Of a DNA stretch of 64,000 nt, positions 34,301 through 45,299 are shown piece after piece. The position numbers were made by a program, and so were the translations under genes. The DNA lies in the NCBI GenBank assembly GCA_004431415.1, contig QPMI01000057.1:1-64000 (forward strand), written 5' to 3'. Source of the stretch: Cyanophora paradoxa CCMP329. Taxonomy: Eukaryota; Plantae; Glaucophyta. Numbering within the stretch: the first letter of the stretch is position 1; every line of letters begins with the position of its first letter. The notes beneath the pieces are model-generated. The model saw only the letters and a list, made by a program, of their open reading frames with translations. It was not told the origin of the DNA and did no database searches.

Positions 34301-36616
34301 GAATGGTGACCACGGGAATAGGTCCTGGTGGCTCGCACGGGCCGGAGGCGGCTACGGCACGGGCAGAATGTGCACACCCGGAACTGGTTGCCGCAACCGC
34401 TCGAGCAGACGAGCGCCGCGCTCGGGCGGTGGTGGCAGAGATGAGCATAGCCGCCGGCGCTGCAGAAGGTGCGGCGGAGGCGGCGCGCGTCGAGACGGAG
34501 CTGGCGCGGGCGGAAGCGTCAAGGGCACAGGCGGCGGCGGCGGCGGCTCGGGCAGAAGAGGCACTCGCGAGGAGCGCCCTTGCGAAGCTGAAGGCGGCAG
34601 CCGAGGAGGCGGAGGCGGAGGCGGAGGCGGCGCGGGGGGAGACGCAGCGTGCCAAAGCCCAAGCAACTCGCTTCGAGGCGGCAGCCGCAGCCGCACAGGC
34701 TGAGGAGGAGCGTGCTCGCACGGCAATCGCCGAGCTTATCGCGGCAAGCACCAGGGATGCAGCGGCATTGGCTCGCACCGCGAACATCGCCGGCACAGCG
34801 GACAGGGTCAGTGCGGCTGCAGCCTGGGGAGAGGCGGGAGGAGGTGAGGCGGATACGATCCGGGCAGCGGCCTTTGGTGAGGTCTATGCCGTGCAAGCGG
34901 AAGCGGAGCGAGCCTCCGCTGCACTCGCGGAGCTGCGGGCCGCGGAAGCCCGGGCCCGGGCCGAGGCCGATGCAGCGGAGAGGGAGGCCGCTGAGGCGCG
35001 GGGCGCGGCGGCAGCAGCAGCAGCCGAGGTGGAGCGCTTGCGGGCGACGCTGGCAAGCCTCAGCGCGGCGGCTTCCGGTGCTGAGGCGGCCGCGGAGGCT
35101 GCGAAGAAGGAGCTGGCGCGTTGCAAGGTGGCTGCGGCGGCGGCGAAGGAAGAGGAGGCGCGTTCGCGGGCCACGCTCGCGGAGGTGAACTCTGCAGTCC
35201 AGCGGGCGCGCTCCGAGGCCGAGGCGGCGCGCCAGGAGGTCGAGCGAGCTCGTCTGGAGGCTTCTGGCACGACGATTGCGCGAATGGTGACCACGGGAAT
35301 AGGTCCTGGTGGCTCGCACGGGCCGGAGGTGGCTACGGCACGGGCAGAATGTGCACACCCGGAACTGGTTGCCGCAACCGCTCGAGCAGACGAGCGCCGC
35401 GCTCGGGCGGTGGTGGCAGAGATGAGCATAGCCGCCGGCGCTGCAGAAGGTGCGGCGGAGGCGGCGCGCGTCGAGACGGAGCTGGCGCAGGTGGAAGCGT
35501 CAAGGGCACAGGCGGCGGCGGCGGCGGCTCGGGCAGAAGAGGCACTCGCGAGGAGCGCCCTTGCGAAGCTGAAGGCGGCAGCCGAGGAGGCGGAGGCGGA
35601 GGCGGAGGCGGCGCGGGGGGAGACGCAGCGTGCCAAAGCCCAAGCAACTCGCTTCGAGGCGGCAGCCGCAGCCGCACAGGCTGAGGAGGAGCGTGCTCGC
35701 ACGGCAATCGCCGAGCTTATCGCGGCAAGCACCAGGGATGCAGCGGCATTGGCTCGCACCGCGAACATCGCCGGCACAGCGGACAGGGTCAGTGCGGCTG
35801 CAGCCTGGGGAGAGGCGGGAGGAGGTGAGGCGGATATGATCCGGGCAGCGGCCTTTGGTGAGGTCTATGCCGTGCAAGCGGAAGCGGAGCGAGCCTCCGC
35901 TGCACTCGCGGAGCTGCGGGCCGCGGAAGCCCGGGCCCGGGCCGAGGCCGATGCAGCGGAGAGGGAGGCCGCTGAGGCGCGGGGCGCGGCGGCAGCAGCA
36001 GCAGCCGAGGTGGAGCGCGTGCGGGCGACGCTGGCAAGCCTCAGCGCGGCGACTTCCGGTGCTGAGGCGGCCGCGGAGGCTGCGAAGAAGGAGCTCGCGC
36101 GATGCAAGGTGGCTGCGGCGGCGGCGAAGGAAGAGGAGGCGCGTTCGCGGGCCACGCTCGCGGAGGTGAACTTTGCAGTCCAGTGGGCGCGCTCCGAGGC
36201 CGAGGCGGCGCGCCAGGAGGTCGAGCGAGCTCAACCGGAAGAGGCTGAAGCACAGGCCATGCTGCAGAGAGGTCCACTGCACCTGTTGCGCCATGTGGAC
36301 ATGCTGGAGGTTCGGAATTTGTTTTTTCTTATCTCGTGGTTTGCGGCTGGGGTGTTCAATGAAATGTGCCACGGGGCGTACTTGCGCAGAACTCGGCAAC
36401 CTTCAAGAGGCCATCTCTCGGTGTGGTTTTCAAAGACCTCATGAAGGTGTGTCCAGTGATGTATTTTCATGGCGACTGCTCAGTTGTTTGCAGTCGCTCG
36501 AAGCTGTCCGAGCGGAGCAGGAGATGTTGGTTACGGCCCAGCGGCGTGAACTGTCTGCCCTCGGCTCACTGGAGGTCACCCTCGCCACCCCTTGTCCGTT
36601 TTGCCGAGGCAGCTGA
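28336..36616 (+). CDS. Centriolin-like N-terminal LRR plus coiled-coil protein, multi-exon, with internal 327-aa repeats; 3' end uncertain
   Basis: SDS22-like LRRs (NLKILDLTNNEI, KLEVLRLNSNKI); LRR cap FLAYHLRSLDSLDG...ARFGREEVEEL as in centriolin; long Ala/Glu/Arg coiled coil. Confidence 0.7.
32982..36231 (+). repeat. 981-bp tandem repeat, about 3.3 near-identical in-frame copies
   Basis: ORF-track periodicity 33159/34140/35121; only scattered substitutions between copies. Confidence 0.95.
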
Positions 36617-37901
36617 GGGGCCGTGCTTTGATTTTGATTCGAATAAAACTCTCTGTGGGTTGAACTGTGACTGTGGGTTGGACTTTGATTTGAGGGTTTG
36701 CCATACATCATTTTGGATTTTTCATTTGAGGGGTTGGGCGGGGTTGGGCTTCTGAATTGAGGGGTTGGTCCGAGTGGTCGCATCCGATCAAGAGGAGCTC
36801 GAGGGCTCCTGCCACCACCCTGAGACGCCCCCTGCCGCCACATGTACGTATACAAGCTTAAGACGCGATGCTGCGCATGCACCCACCGGCGCCCTGCGGG
36901 CACATGCCATGATCATCGGATGTAGATATATATATGTACAAGCGAGTCCCTGCGGAGCAGGAGTGGCTTTAAATTTGGGTCTTGCAATTGGGGCTTCAAG
37001 GCGTGAGCCTCGGAGGGTGGCCGCGCTTTGTTTTAAAACGCTTGAGGGGAGGTTGAGGGTCGCCCGGCCCACAACCGTGCGCGGTCACCGGGTTATAATT
37101 ACTGTTGAGCTCGAGAGGACTGTAGCTACGTATACGCCGCCTTTTAGCTTCTAGCTTGGTCTAGCTAGCGCAAGCGATACGTATACGTATACACGTTCGT
37201 ATACGCCGATAGCTAGGCTTCGTCGTAGAGCAACGCCTAGCTGCTGGCGCGGCCGGCACCGGCGTCGATCGATATCTAGCTCTAGCAACGCCGACGTCGC
37301 CGAGTCGAGCCCGGCCATCGCGATCGTCTTCTCTAGCCCTAGTAGGGTCGAAAATGGGCACCTAGGTCCAAAAATTCTTGCCGCAGTGCTTCATTCTCAT
37401 TTTGAATTTTTCCACAAGATAGCAACAAACCTAAGGGCCTCTCCTTTCCCCAAGGCCGATATATATATATATACATATCGAGCTGGCTAAAGTGTCCGCG
37501 GGGGCCCGGGGGGGGGGGGGGGGGGGGGGGGGGGGCGCATTACTAAGTTACTCCCCTCAGGGGGCTACACAGGGCCCGGCCAGCCAGTTCGCTGGTGGGC
37601 TGGGCCCGCGGTCGCCCCCGTTTTTTCTCACCCAGTCGACCCTTCTCGTCTCTATATAGCTAGGATGTGTGACGGAGGCAGCGAGTGAGCTATAGTCCGT
37701 CCGCCCTCGCATTGTAATCGCAATCAATTGCAAAGACGTCAGTTGCCGTCCAACCTCTACTCGTAATCGAAAATAGCTAGCCTTAACTTTGCTGAGGGGC
37801 CTTACTTTGATTTGGATTTGAAGCTCTCCAACCCCTAATCGTAATCGCCAAATCGTTATCCTTTTAGAAGGGGGGGGGGGGGTAAAAGTGTGGGAATTTT
37901 C

Positions 37902-39584
37902 TCAGGGGAACATGGGCATTTGCTTCAGAGCAGTCTCCTCGTCGAGTCCAAAAAGCAGGTTGAAATTTTGAATAGCTTGACCACTGCAATACAAGGCTCA
38001 AGAATGCAAAGCATTTTTATAAAACACGCGGTTACCTTGCGCCTTTGACAAGGTTGTCAATGACAGATACGATGATTGCACGTCCCTCGACTCTGCAGCA
38101 AGTTCAAGAGCTTGGCGGAAGTTCAATTGAGAATCGCAATCACCGATCCGGGAAAACTCCAATGACACAATGATTCGAACCGCGAACGTAGCGGGTGTGG
38201 GGCACATCTGAATTGAATGGCAGGACGTGCACGAACGGTTCACCTGCAGCAAAGTCACAAAAGCTTGGGCGCTCATTCCATTGCACGGAAACGCACTGGC
38301 GTAGACTCGCTGCAGTTCCGCAGCAAGATCTTGCGGTGAGCTGCCCGGAGCTAATTTCACATATGAAGTGCACAGCATTCCGCGGCTCATCGGCATGAGA
38401 TGAGGGGTGAACGAAACTGCGAAGCGACTAAGCAATGCCCCAGCGAAGCACCTCTACATACAGAACCTACCAGTTACATTCGTGCCTGCGGCCTCAGACA
38501 ATCCCTGCTCGATCTCGGGCGCGTGCCTGTGGCTAGCGACACCATAGGGATTGATGCCTTCCGCAATCTCGGTGAAGAGAAGGCTACAAAATCCGGGTCA
38601 GCAAAGATTAAGCAGCTCAAGCGAGACACACGCACTTCTCTTTCGCACTGCGACCCGCACCACTGACTCCGCTCTTGGCATCGATAATAATATCCGCAGG
38701 AAGAATGAGGTTCGCCTTGAGCAACGGATACAGAGGGAGCTGGCTGCAGGTGGGGTAGCAGCCTGCGATTGTTTTGAGATGATTTCAAGGGATTAAAATT
38801 GGTCACAGTGACCCGGATTGGCAATGAGCCTGGCAGATCGAATCTGATCGCGGTACAGCTCCGACAAGCCATACACGGCCTCCTCTTGCAGCTCAGGGGC
38901 GAGATGCTCGTGGCCATACCTGTGATGCTTTCTGAGCAAATCGAGGCCGTCTGTGGCTATCGGTTGCCGCTGACCACTTTGCGTAGGTGGCCACATCCTT
39001 CAGACGGAAGTCGGCAGACAGATCGACGATTTTAAGGTGGGCGGGGAGGCCCTTGATGATTTCCTGAGTTGTCGCGTGTGGCAGACAGCAGAAAACGCAG
39101 TCCACGTCGTTCCAGTTCACGTCTAAATGGCAGATTTAGAAAAATGAGTTTCGTCCGGACAGCGTCTCGCACCGGCGACTGAGACGAGGTCCGGAAGATC
39201 GAGGCGAGCAAGGTGCGGGAAGACCGACCGGAACGGCTTTCCGGCCTTGCGATCTGCCGTCAGAACCTTGAACTCCACTTGAGGGTGCAACGAAAGCAAG
39301 CGAACGATCTCAGCCCCCGTGTAGCCGCTCGCGCCAAGGACGCCGACGCGCACGCTCGCAGCTGGCGCGCCTGGCGTCAGACGTACAACTACCGGTGGAC
39401 AGAAATCTCACGCACACGCGGTGATCGCATTGTGACGGGAAGCAAAGAGGCGCCGCGTACGGGCGCCCTTTGACGCAGCTGCCACAAGCGTCGCCGGCCG
39501 GGACACGGGCGTTCCGCGGAATGAAGAGAGGAGATTTGGGCGGCTCGAACGGGCCGTCGGCGGAGTCGCGGCTGCGATGAACAT
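37902..39584 (-). CDS. argC: N-acetyl-gamma-glutamyl-phosphate reductase with putative plastid transit peptide, multi-exon
   Basis: [78 protein letters not shown]; starts MFIAAATP, ends MPMFP*. Confidence 0.95.
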
Positions 39585-39739
39585 GGCGGATCGGCCGGTT
39601 TCGGATTGCGCTTTTCGTGTACCCCCCTCTTTGCGCCTTCTCCAGAACTACGAACCAGAAGGTAGGACGCATTTGGACATGTACTCAAAACGCAGGTCCC
39701 GGCTACAAGTGTGGGAATGTACACTGCGGCCGCCGCGGC

Positions 39740-40035
39740 CGCGGGCCCAGATGCAGCCCACCAGCGAGCTGGCCGGCCGGCCGCGGGCCGCCGGGCCGGG
39801 CCCTGCCATGCGCCAGCTGCAGCTGCAGGCTGCGCATGCGTGGCCCCCTGAGGAGAGTAATGCGCCTGCCCGCGGACACTCTGGCGGACACTATACGTAG
39901 CTATATATATATATATAGCTATATATATATATAGCTAGCTGGCGCCGGCTAGAGCTCGAGTGTCCGCGGGGTGGGTGGGGGGGTGGGGTGGGGGGGGGGG
40001 GGGGGGTGGGGGGGCGCATTACTCCCCTCAGGGGA
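39740..40035. repeat. Two inverted copies of a dispersed host repeat (CCCCTGAGG.GAGTAATGCGCC...CCGCGGACAC) around a (TA)n core; further copies at about 22025-22085 and 37490-37612
   Basis: Direct sequence comparison. Confidence 0.7.
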
Positions 40036-40101
40036 GCATGCGTCGCCCTCTAATATAAGGAGATCAAGATGCAGCTAGCACGTGGAACTTCGGAAACGCA
40101 T

Positions 40102-40303
40102 ATCTGGTACTGCGGACAGAAAGTACCGTACGTTGAGCATGCGCGAGCCGGCAATCAACAAATCACTGAATTATATAATCATGATCATATACGTTGGTAA
40201 CCAATATCAAAGTTATAGTCCAATGCGTACTACGGTAACCGGCCCAGCTGCAGCTGCAGCGAGCCCAATTCAAATGATTGCAAAATTAACCACAAGTGAC
40301 TCT
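40102..40303 (+). repeat. ~200-bp direct repeat, copy 1 (copy 2 at 44418-44610)
   Basis: ATCTGGTACTGCGG...AAGTGACTCT, nearly identical apart from small indels. Confidence 0.95.
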
Positions 40304-40518
40304 TCGCTGCCCACCTCTGATTTCTATTCTCGTCCCTGGGTAGTCACTCCCTTTCCCGCGTAGGATCTCTCCTGTGCTGCCGCAGTGCGCATGCAGCTCT
40401 CAGAGTCTAGACTTAGTCCCCGGTCCGATGTCCGATCGCGAAACTTGAAAGGCTTAGTCCTGTAGGCTCGAGCTCATCTCTCGACTTGACACAGATTGAC
40501 ACCTCAGTTATATCTCTA

Positions 40519-43500
40519 CACAGCGATACGCTAGTATGGGCAAGAACTCCAGGGCAACTTACCTAAAAGTACTCCAAAACCTCCGCAAGTACCGCCCAAA
40601 AAAACCACCAAGAACCGCCGCAAGGACCTCGAAAGGTACGACCAGGGTACGGGTGGTTGAGGTACCGAGTCACTTCCGGCGCGGGGGCTCATACAAGCCC
40701 AGAATCGGACACTAAACCCTGGTCGGCGTTCCGGGCCGTAGCTAGGCGCCCCAGCTGCAGAAATGGCATCCTATCGATCAATACTGGTGTCTCTGATGCC
40801 AAGCGCGCGCCCCCGAAGCGATTCAGGTGCCCTCCGTGCGAACTGCTTCGCCCCACTGGTCTGACGCGGTCCGAGCTGCAGCTAGGTGGCCGGAAAGCGC
40901 AGGCAGTCAACCTTTGAGCTGACGGCTATCGGGCAGCGCAGGCAGGTGCGGCTTTTCAAGGTCGCCGCTAACGGTCACATTGCACTGAGCGCAATCTGCC
41001 CGCAGACATGCGCTCTCGCTGGCTAAGACGCATTTAAAGAGTCTGTAGAGCGGGCCAGAGTGCTTCGCCGCTACCGCCGCCGTCGATTAGGTGTGGTGCC
41101 GCCGCCGCCGCTGCTGCCCCTCTCCATTGACGACGCGCAGACCGTGTAGATCAGCCATAGTGCAAGCCGTGTCGTCGGTAGAAGCAGATGCTGTCTCTTA
41201 GGCCGCCCTCATTTACGGTTCGCCGCCCGCTTGCATGCTCTCGACCGCCCGACCGACGTACGGCCCGCACCGCTTGCAGCGCGCTCGGCTGGCGGCGGCA
41301 TGATACAGCAGAGCTTTCTGAGCTGAGCAGCAATGCCGCGGTCCGTCCGGTTTCCTTTTTCCGGTTGTCCGATCCGTCGCCGCCTGCTGATTCGGGTTGC
41401 AGACGGTGCTGCGCTAGTGCTGCTCTGATGAAAACGAAGCGATAGTGCTGTTTCGGCGGAGCTGCTGCATCGACGATCAGATTCCTCGCTCCGTCGGCCG
41501 GCCGGCGCTCCCTCGAACCCTGCCGCTTCTAGCTGCGCTGCCTGGCTCGCGCTGCTAGAGCTAGACAGTTTTGCTTTCAGTATGACTGGAGCGCAACTCC
41601 CGCCGCCAGGCCGGTCTAGATCTGCTGCCGGCTGGCGGACCGCGCCCGGCTTCCAAACACCGCTGTCTGTGTGGCCGCTCTCCAGCCTAGCCTAGGATTC
41701 TGTTATCTATTTGTGTTTTATTGAAGAACACGCTCTCGCACCCACTGGGCCAGGCTCGGCGCGGATCTTGGGGCTTTGTTAGTTCTTGGCCGCGGTGCTT
41801 GAATGGCCATGGCGCAGTGGGCCGCATGATGTGTGTCGGCACCCCTCGAAAGCGTACTGCAGCAGATCTAGATCTGAGCGTGTACGCTTGCACGGCCCGT
41901 CTGAGTACGCCGACGCCTTGCACGCCGAGGCAACTGGTCCGCCAGGCCGACACCCCCTCGGCTGCGCACGCCCGGCCGTCATTCGGTGGCTGGTCCGCCC
42001 CGAGCCCTCCGAGGGCTCGCATTGAGAAGAAAGCTCAATTTGACACCGCACGAATGCTTCGGGGATGAGCCGCGCGACGTTTACTTGACGCGCGACGCGC
42101 TGATTCTGTGAGTGATCATGATCAGTGACATGAGGTGCGGGGTAAGCGAGTTCGCGACGTAGAAGCTGCAGGCGAGCTGTATATGGCCTTATTTAATATT
42201 ATCATGCTTAGTTGTAACTGCCGCCGCAGTTTCCAAGTTGCCAATTTCATGACCTCCTTCAATCCTGAAATGTGGGGTCAGTTTTATGCTGGTCGTTTAG
42301 GCTTTTTGAAGTAGTAATGATGCGGTTTTTTGGCAAATCGTCGGAGGCTGCCGCAGTGCGCGCGCGCTTTTGCCTGCAGTTTCTATCAGTAATAGTACAT
42401 AACTGATACATTTTGGAGCATTAGAGGCTGCAGGGGCCGCGCGCGCGCGGCTCTTGGTCTCCGGCCTGCCACTGGTACTGTCACTGGGCCTCTGAGCCAG
42501 AACTGTTTTCAGAGCCAAACACACACATACAGCGCGTGCGCTGCAAATCACATCATATTTTCACTAAACTAAACCTTTAAAAAGCCCTGAAGAGCACAGC
42601 GCCGCCCCGTCCGCCGGGCGGCGCGGGGCCGCTCGGGCGGCCGCCAGCGCCGCCCCACGCCGCCCTGCGCCGCCCGGGCGGCCACCAGCGCCGCTCAGCG
42701 CCGCCCGCGCCGCCCGGCGGCCACCAGCGCCGCCTCGCACTGTCACCCGCCGCCTCCGCCGCCCGGGCAGCCGCCGCCGCCCGCGCCGCCCCGCGTCGCC
42801 CCGCGCCGCCCCCGCCGCCCGGGCGGCCGCCAGCGCCGCCCCGCGCCGCCCCGCGCCGCCCGCGTCGCCCCGCGCCGCCCCCGCCGCCGGGCGGCCGCCA
42901 GCGCCGCCCGCGCTGTCACCCGCCGCACCCGCCGCCTGGGCGGCCGCCGCCGCCGCCGGACGGCCGCCAGCGCCGCCCGCGTCGCCCCGCGCCGCCCGCG
43001 TCGCCCCCGCCGCCCGGGCGGCCGCCAGCGCCGCCCCGCGCTGTCACCCGCCGCACCCCGCCGCCTGGGCGGCCGCCGCCCGCCGCCCGGACGGCCGCCA
43101 GCGCCGCCCGCGTCGCCCGCGCCGCCCCGCCGCCCCGCGCCGCCCCGCGTCGCCCCGCGCCGCCCCCGCCGCCCGGGCGGCCGCCAGCGCCGCCCACGCC
43201 GCCCTGCGCCGCCCGGGCGGCCACCAGCGCCGCCCGCGCTGTCACCTGCTGCCCAGCGCCGCCGCGGCGCCCGGGCGGCCGCCAGCGCCGCCCCGCGCCG
43301 CCCGCGCCGCTCTGCGCCGCCCGCGTCGCCCCGCGCCGCCCCGCGCCGCCCCGCGCCGCCCCGTGTCGCCCCGCGCCGCCCGCGCCGCCCGGCGGCCGCC
43401 ATGTCCAGCGCCGCCCGCGCCGCCCGTGCGGCGATCCTCGCCGCCGCCCGCCGCCTCGCGCCGCCCGGGCGGCCGCCAGCGCCGCGCCGCGCCATCCCGT

Positions 43501-44417
43501 CCCCACTGGGCCGCGCCGCTCTGCAGATGCGGCATGAGCGCGATGCGCGCGTGAACGCGGCGGCGGGACAGCCTGCAGGGCGAGGCGAGTCGAGGCCGGT
43601 GTGTGCGCTGCTCGTTGTTAGGCGCACTATGTCGTTGATCATGTCTAATCGCCGAGAACGAGACGAACGAGGGCGAGCGCCCCCCGCCGCTTCTGCCGCT
43701 CCTGGCCGCCACGGCTTCTTGGATCTTGTCCACTTGCTTCGAGCGACGGGCTTGCTTCTTGCAAACGGGCTTCTTGCCGACGGGCTTCTTCAAGCTGAAG
43801 GCGCCCGAAGCGCCCTTCCTGCGACGCGACGGCCACGGCCGCTCGCTTGCTGCTGCTAACTAGGCTAGTAGGCGAGTCTGCTGCTGCCTCATGCAGTGCG
43901 GCGGCAGCGCGCGCCGCCCCGAGCGGCCTCCCTGCAGCTGGGCGGCGCTGATCAACGTTCTGATCAACTCGACCAAGTCCAATTTTTTTTCGGGGTTCGC
44001 GATCGCGTCGCGAGCGATTTTGGTTGGCTGAGCGTCGCGATCGATCCCGTAGATTCGCAAACCGTTGAACGCTCCCGTAGGGAGGCTCTGCTTCCGACGC
44101 TCTTAACGATGATTATAAGCGCTTGTGGGGCAAACCGCCAGGCGCCGGGGCGTTTCAATTCTTCTGTTTGCCGGCTTCGCTGCGGCGATTTCATCCCCGG
44201 GGTCGAAGCTGGGGGTTGAAAGCGGGATACACCAAATTTGTTTTTGACTCGAGGTCTTGGGACTTGACGTCAATTTGACGGTTCGACGGTTACGATGTCG
44301 TGACTCGGAGGTTTTTTGGGCTCTAAGTTGACGTGACACGGAGGTTGTCTGGCTCCTAGACTCGGCTCCTTTTGCAAGTTGCCCTGGAGTTCTTTACTAT
44401 GGGAGCGTACCGCTGTG
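40519..44417. mobile_element. Non-autonomous DNA transposon with CACAGCG...CGCTGTG termini (Transib- or CMC-like)
   Basis: 42-bp bipartite terminal inverted repeat: CACAGCG(A/G)TACGCT-N9-AAGAACTCCAGGGCAACTT; no transposase ORF; no clean target-site duplication. Confidence 0.75.
42600..43500. repeat. Extremely GC-rich degenerate satellite (CGCCGCCCGGGCGGCCGCCAGCGCCGCC-like units)
   Basis: Direct inspection. Confidence 0.9.
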
Positions 44418-44944
44418 ATCTGGTACTGCGGACAGAAAGTACCGTACGTTGAGCATACGCGAGCCGGCAATCAACAAATCACTGAATTATATAATCATGA
44501 TCATATACGTTGGTAACCAATATCAAAGTTATAGTCCAATGCGTACTACGGTAACCCCAGCTGCAGCGAGCCCAATTCAAATGATTGCAAAATTAACCAC
44601 AAGTGACTCTGAAACATGAACGGTGCAGTACATGTACAGTACCTCGGCCTCAGACGTTTGTGGCTGGGATCGGAGCAGCTAGCGTTCAACGGTTCGGCAG
44701 AGCGGCTGGGATCGGACGTTTGTGGTTTTGTTAGCGTTCGGGGGACGCATGCCACGCACTGCAGCTGCGGCATGCATATGGTACACTTGCACTGCACGCC
44801 TGGGCGTGCAAACCGCAAAGCTGCTTCATTGCCAAATCACTGAGATGCGCCACGCGTACAGGCTTTCGAGCTCCCTCTTAAGCTTCCGCTTTCGAGCTCC
44901 CGAGTCCCGAACTTCCTCTTCCGCTTTCCGGCTTGCTAACAGCA

Positions 44945-45115
44945 ATCAAAAAGACGCCCAAGCCCTAATCGTAATCGTAATCAAAGACGCCCAGCCCCTC
45001 AGGGCCTAATCGTAATCGTAATCGTAATCAAAGACGCCCAACCCCTAAGGGCCTAATCGTAATCGTAATCAAAGACGCCCAACTCCTCAGGGCCTAGTTG
45101 TTATCGGTAATCAAC
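44945..45115 (+). repeat. Minisatellite AAAGACGCCCA...CCTAATCGTAATCGTAATC, about 4 copies
   Basis: Direct inspection. Confidence 0.8.
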
Positions 45116-45299
45116 CTAATCAACCCCCGTCGTTGAACCCCCTAAAGAGCCCCCCCCCCCCCCCCCCCCCCAAATTCTGTATCCGCCCCTACCTCCGAAT
45201 CATAGTCCAGCAGCTCCCGTGTACACTGTACCCCGTGCACACTCAGCGTGAGTGCTTATTATTGCGCTTTCTGTGGCGTGGAGCTCCTGGAGGAGGTTC

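Noticed and set aside
32959-36399. Repeated alternative-frame and antisense ORFs
   Set aside because: Shadows of the GC-rich 981-bp coding repeat.
42743-43859. Arg/Gly/Ala-rich ORFs
   Set aside because: Artefacts of near-pure GC satellite with no stop codons.
43997-44268. Isolated TCGCGATCG and CTTGGGACTT matches to viral terminal motifs inside the transposon
   Set aside because: Short isolated matches in GC-rich DNA, compatible with chance.
40102-44610. LTR retrotransposon bounded by the 200-bp direct repeats
   Set aside because: No TG..CA ends, primer-binding site, polypurine tract or gag/pol; the internal TIR pair explains the structure better.
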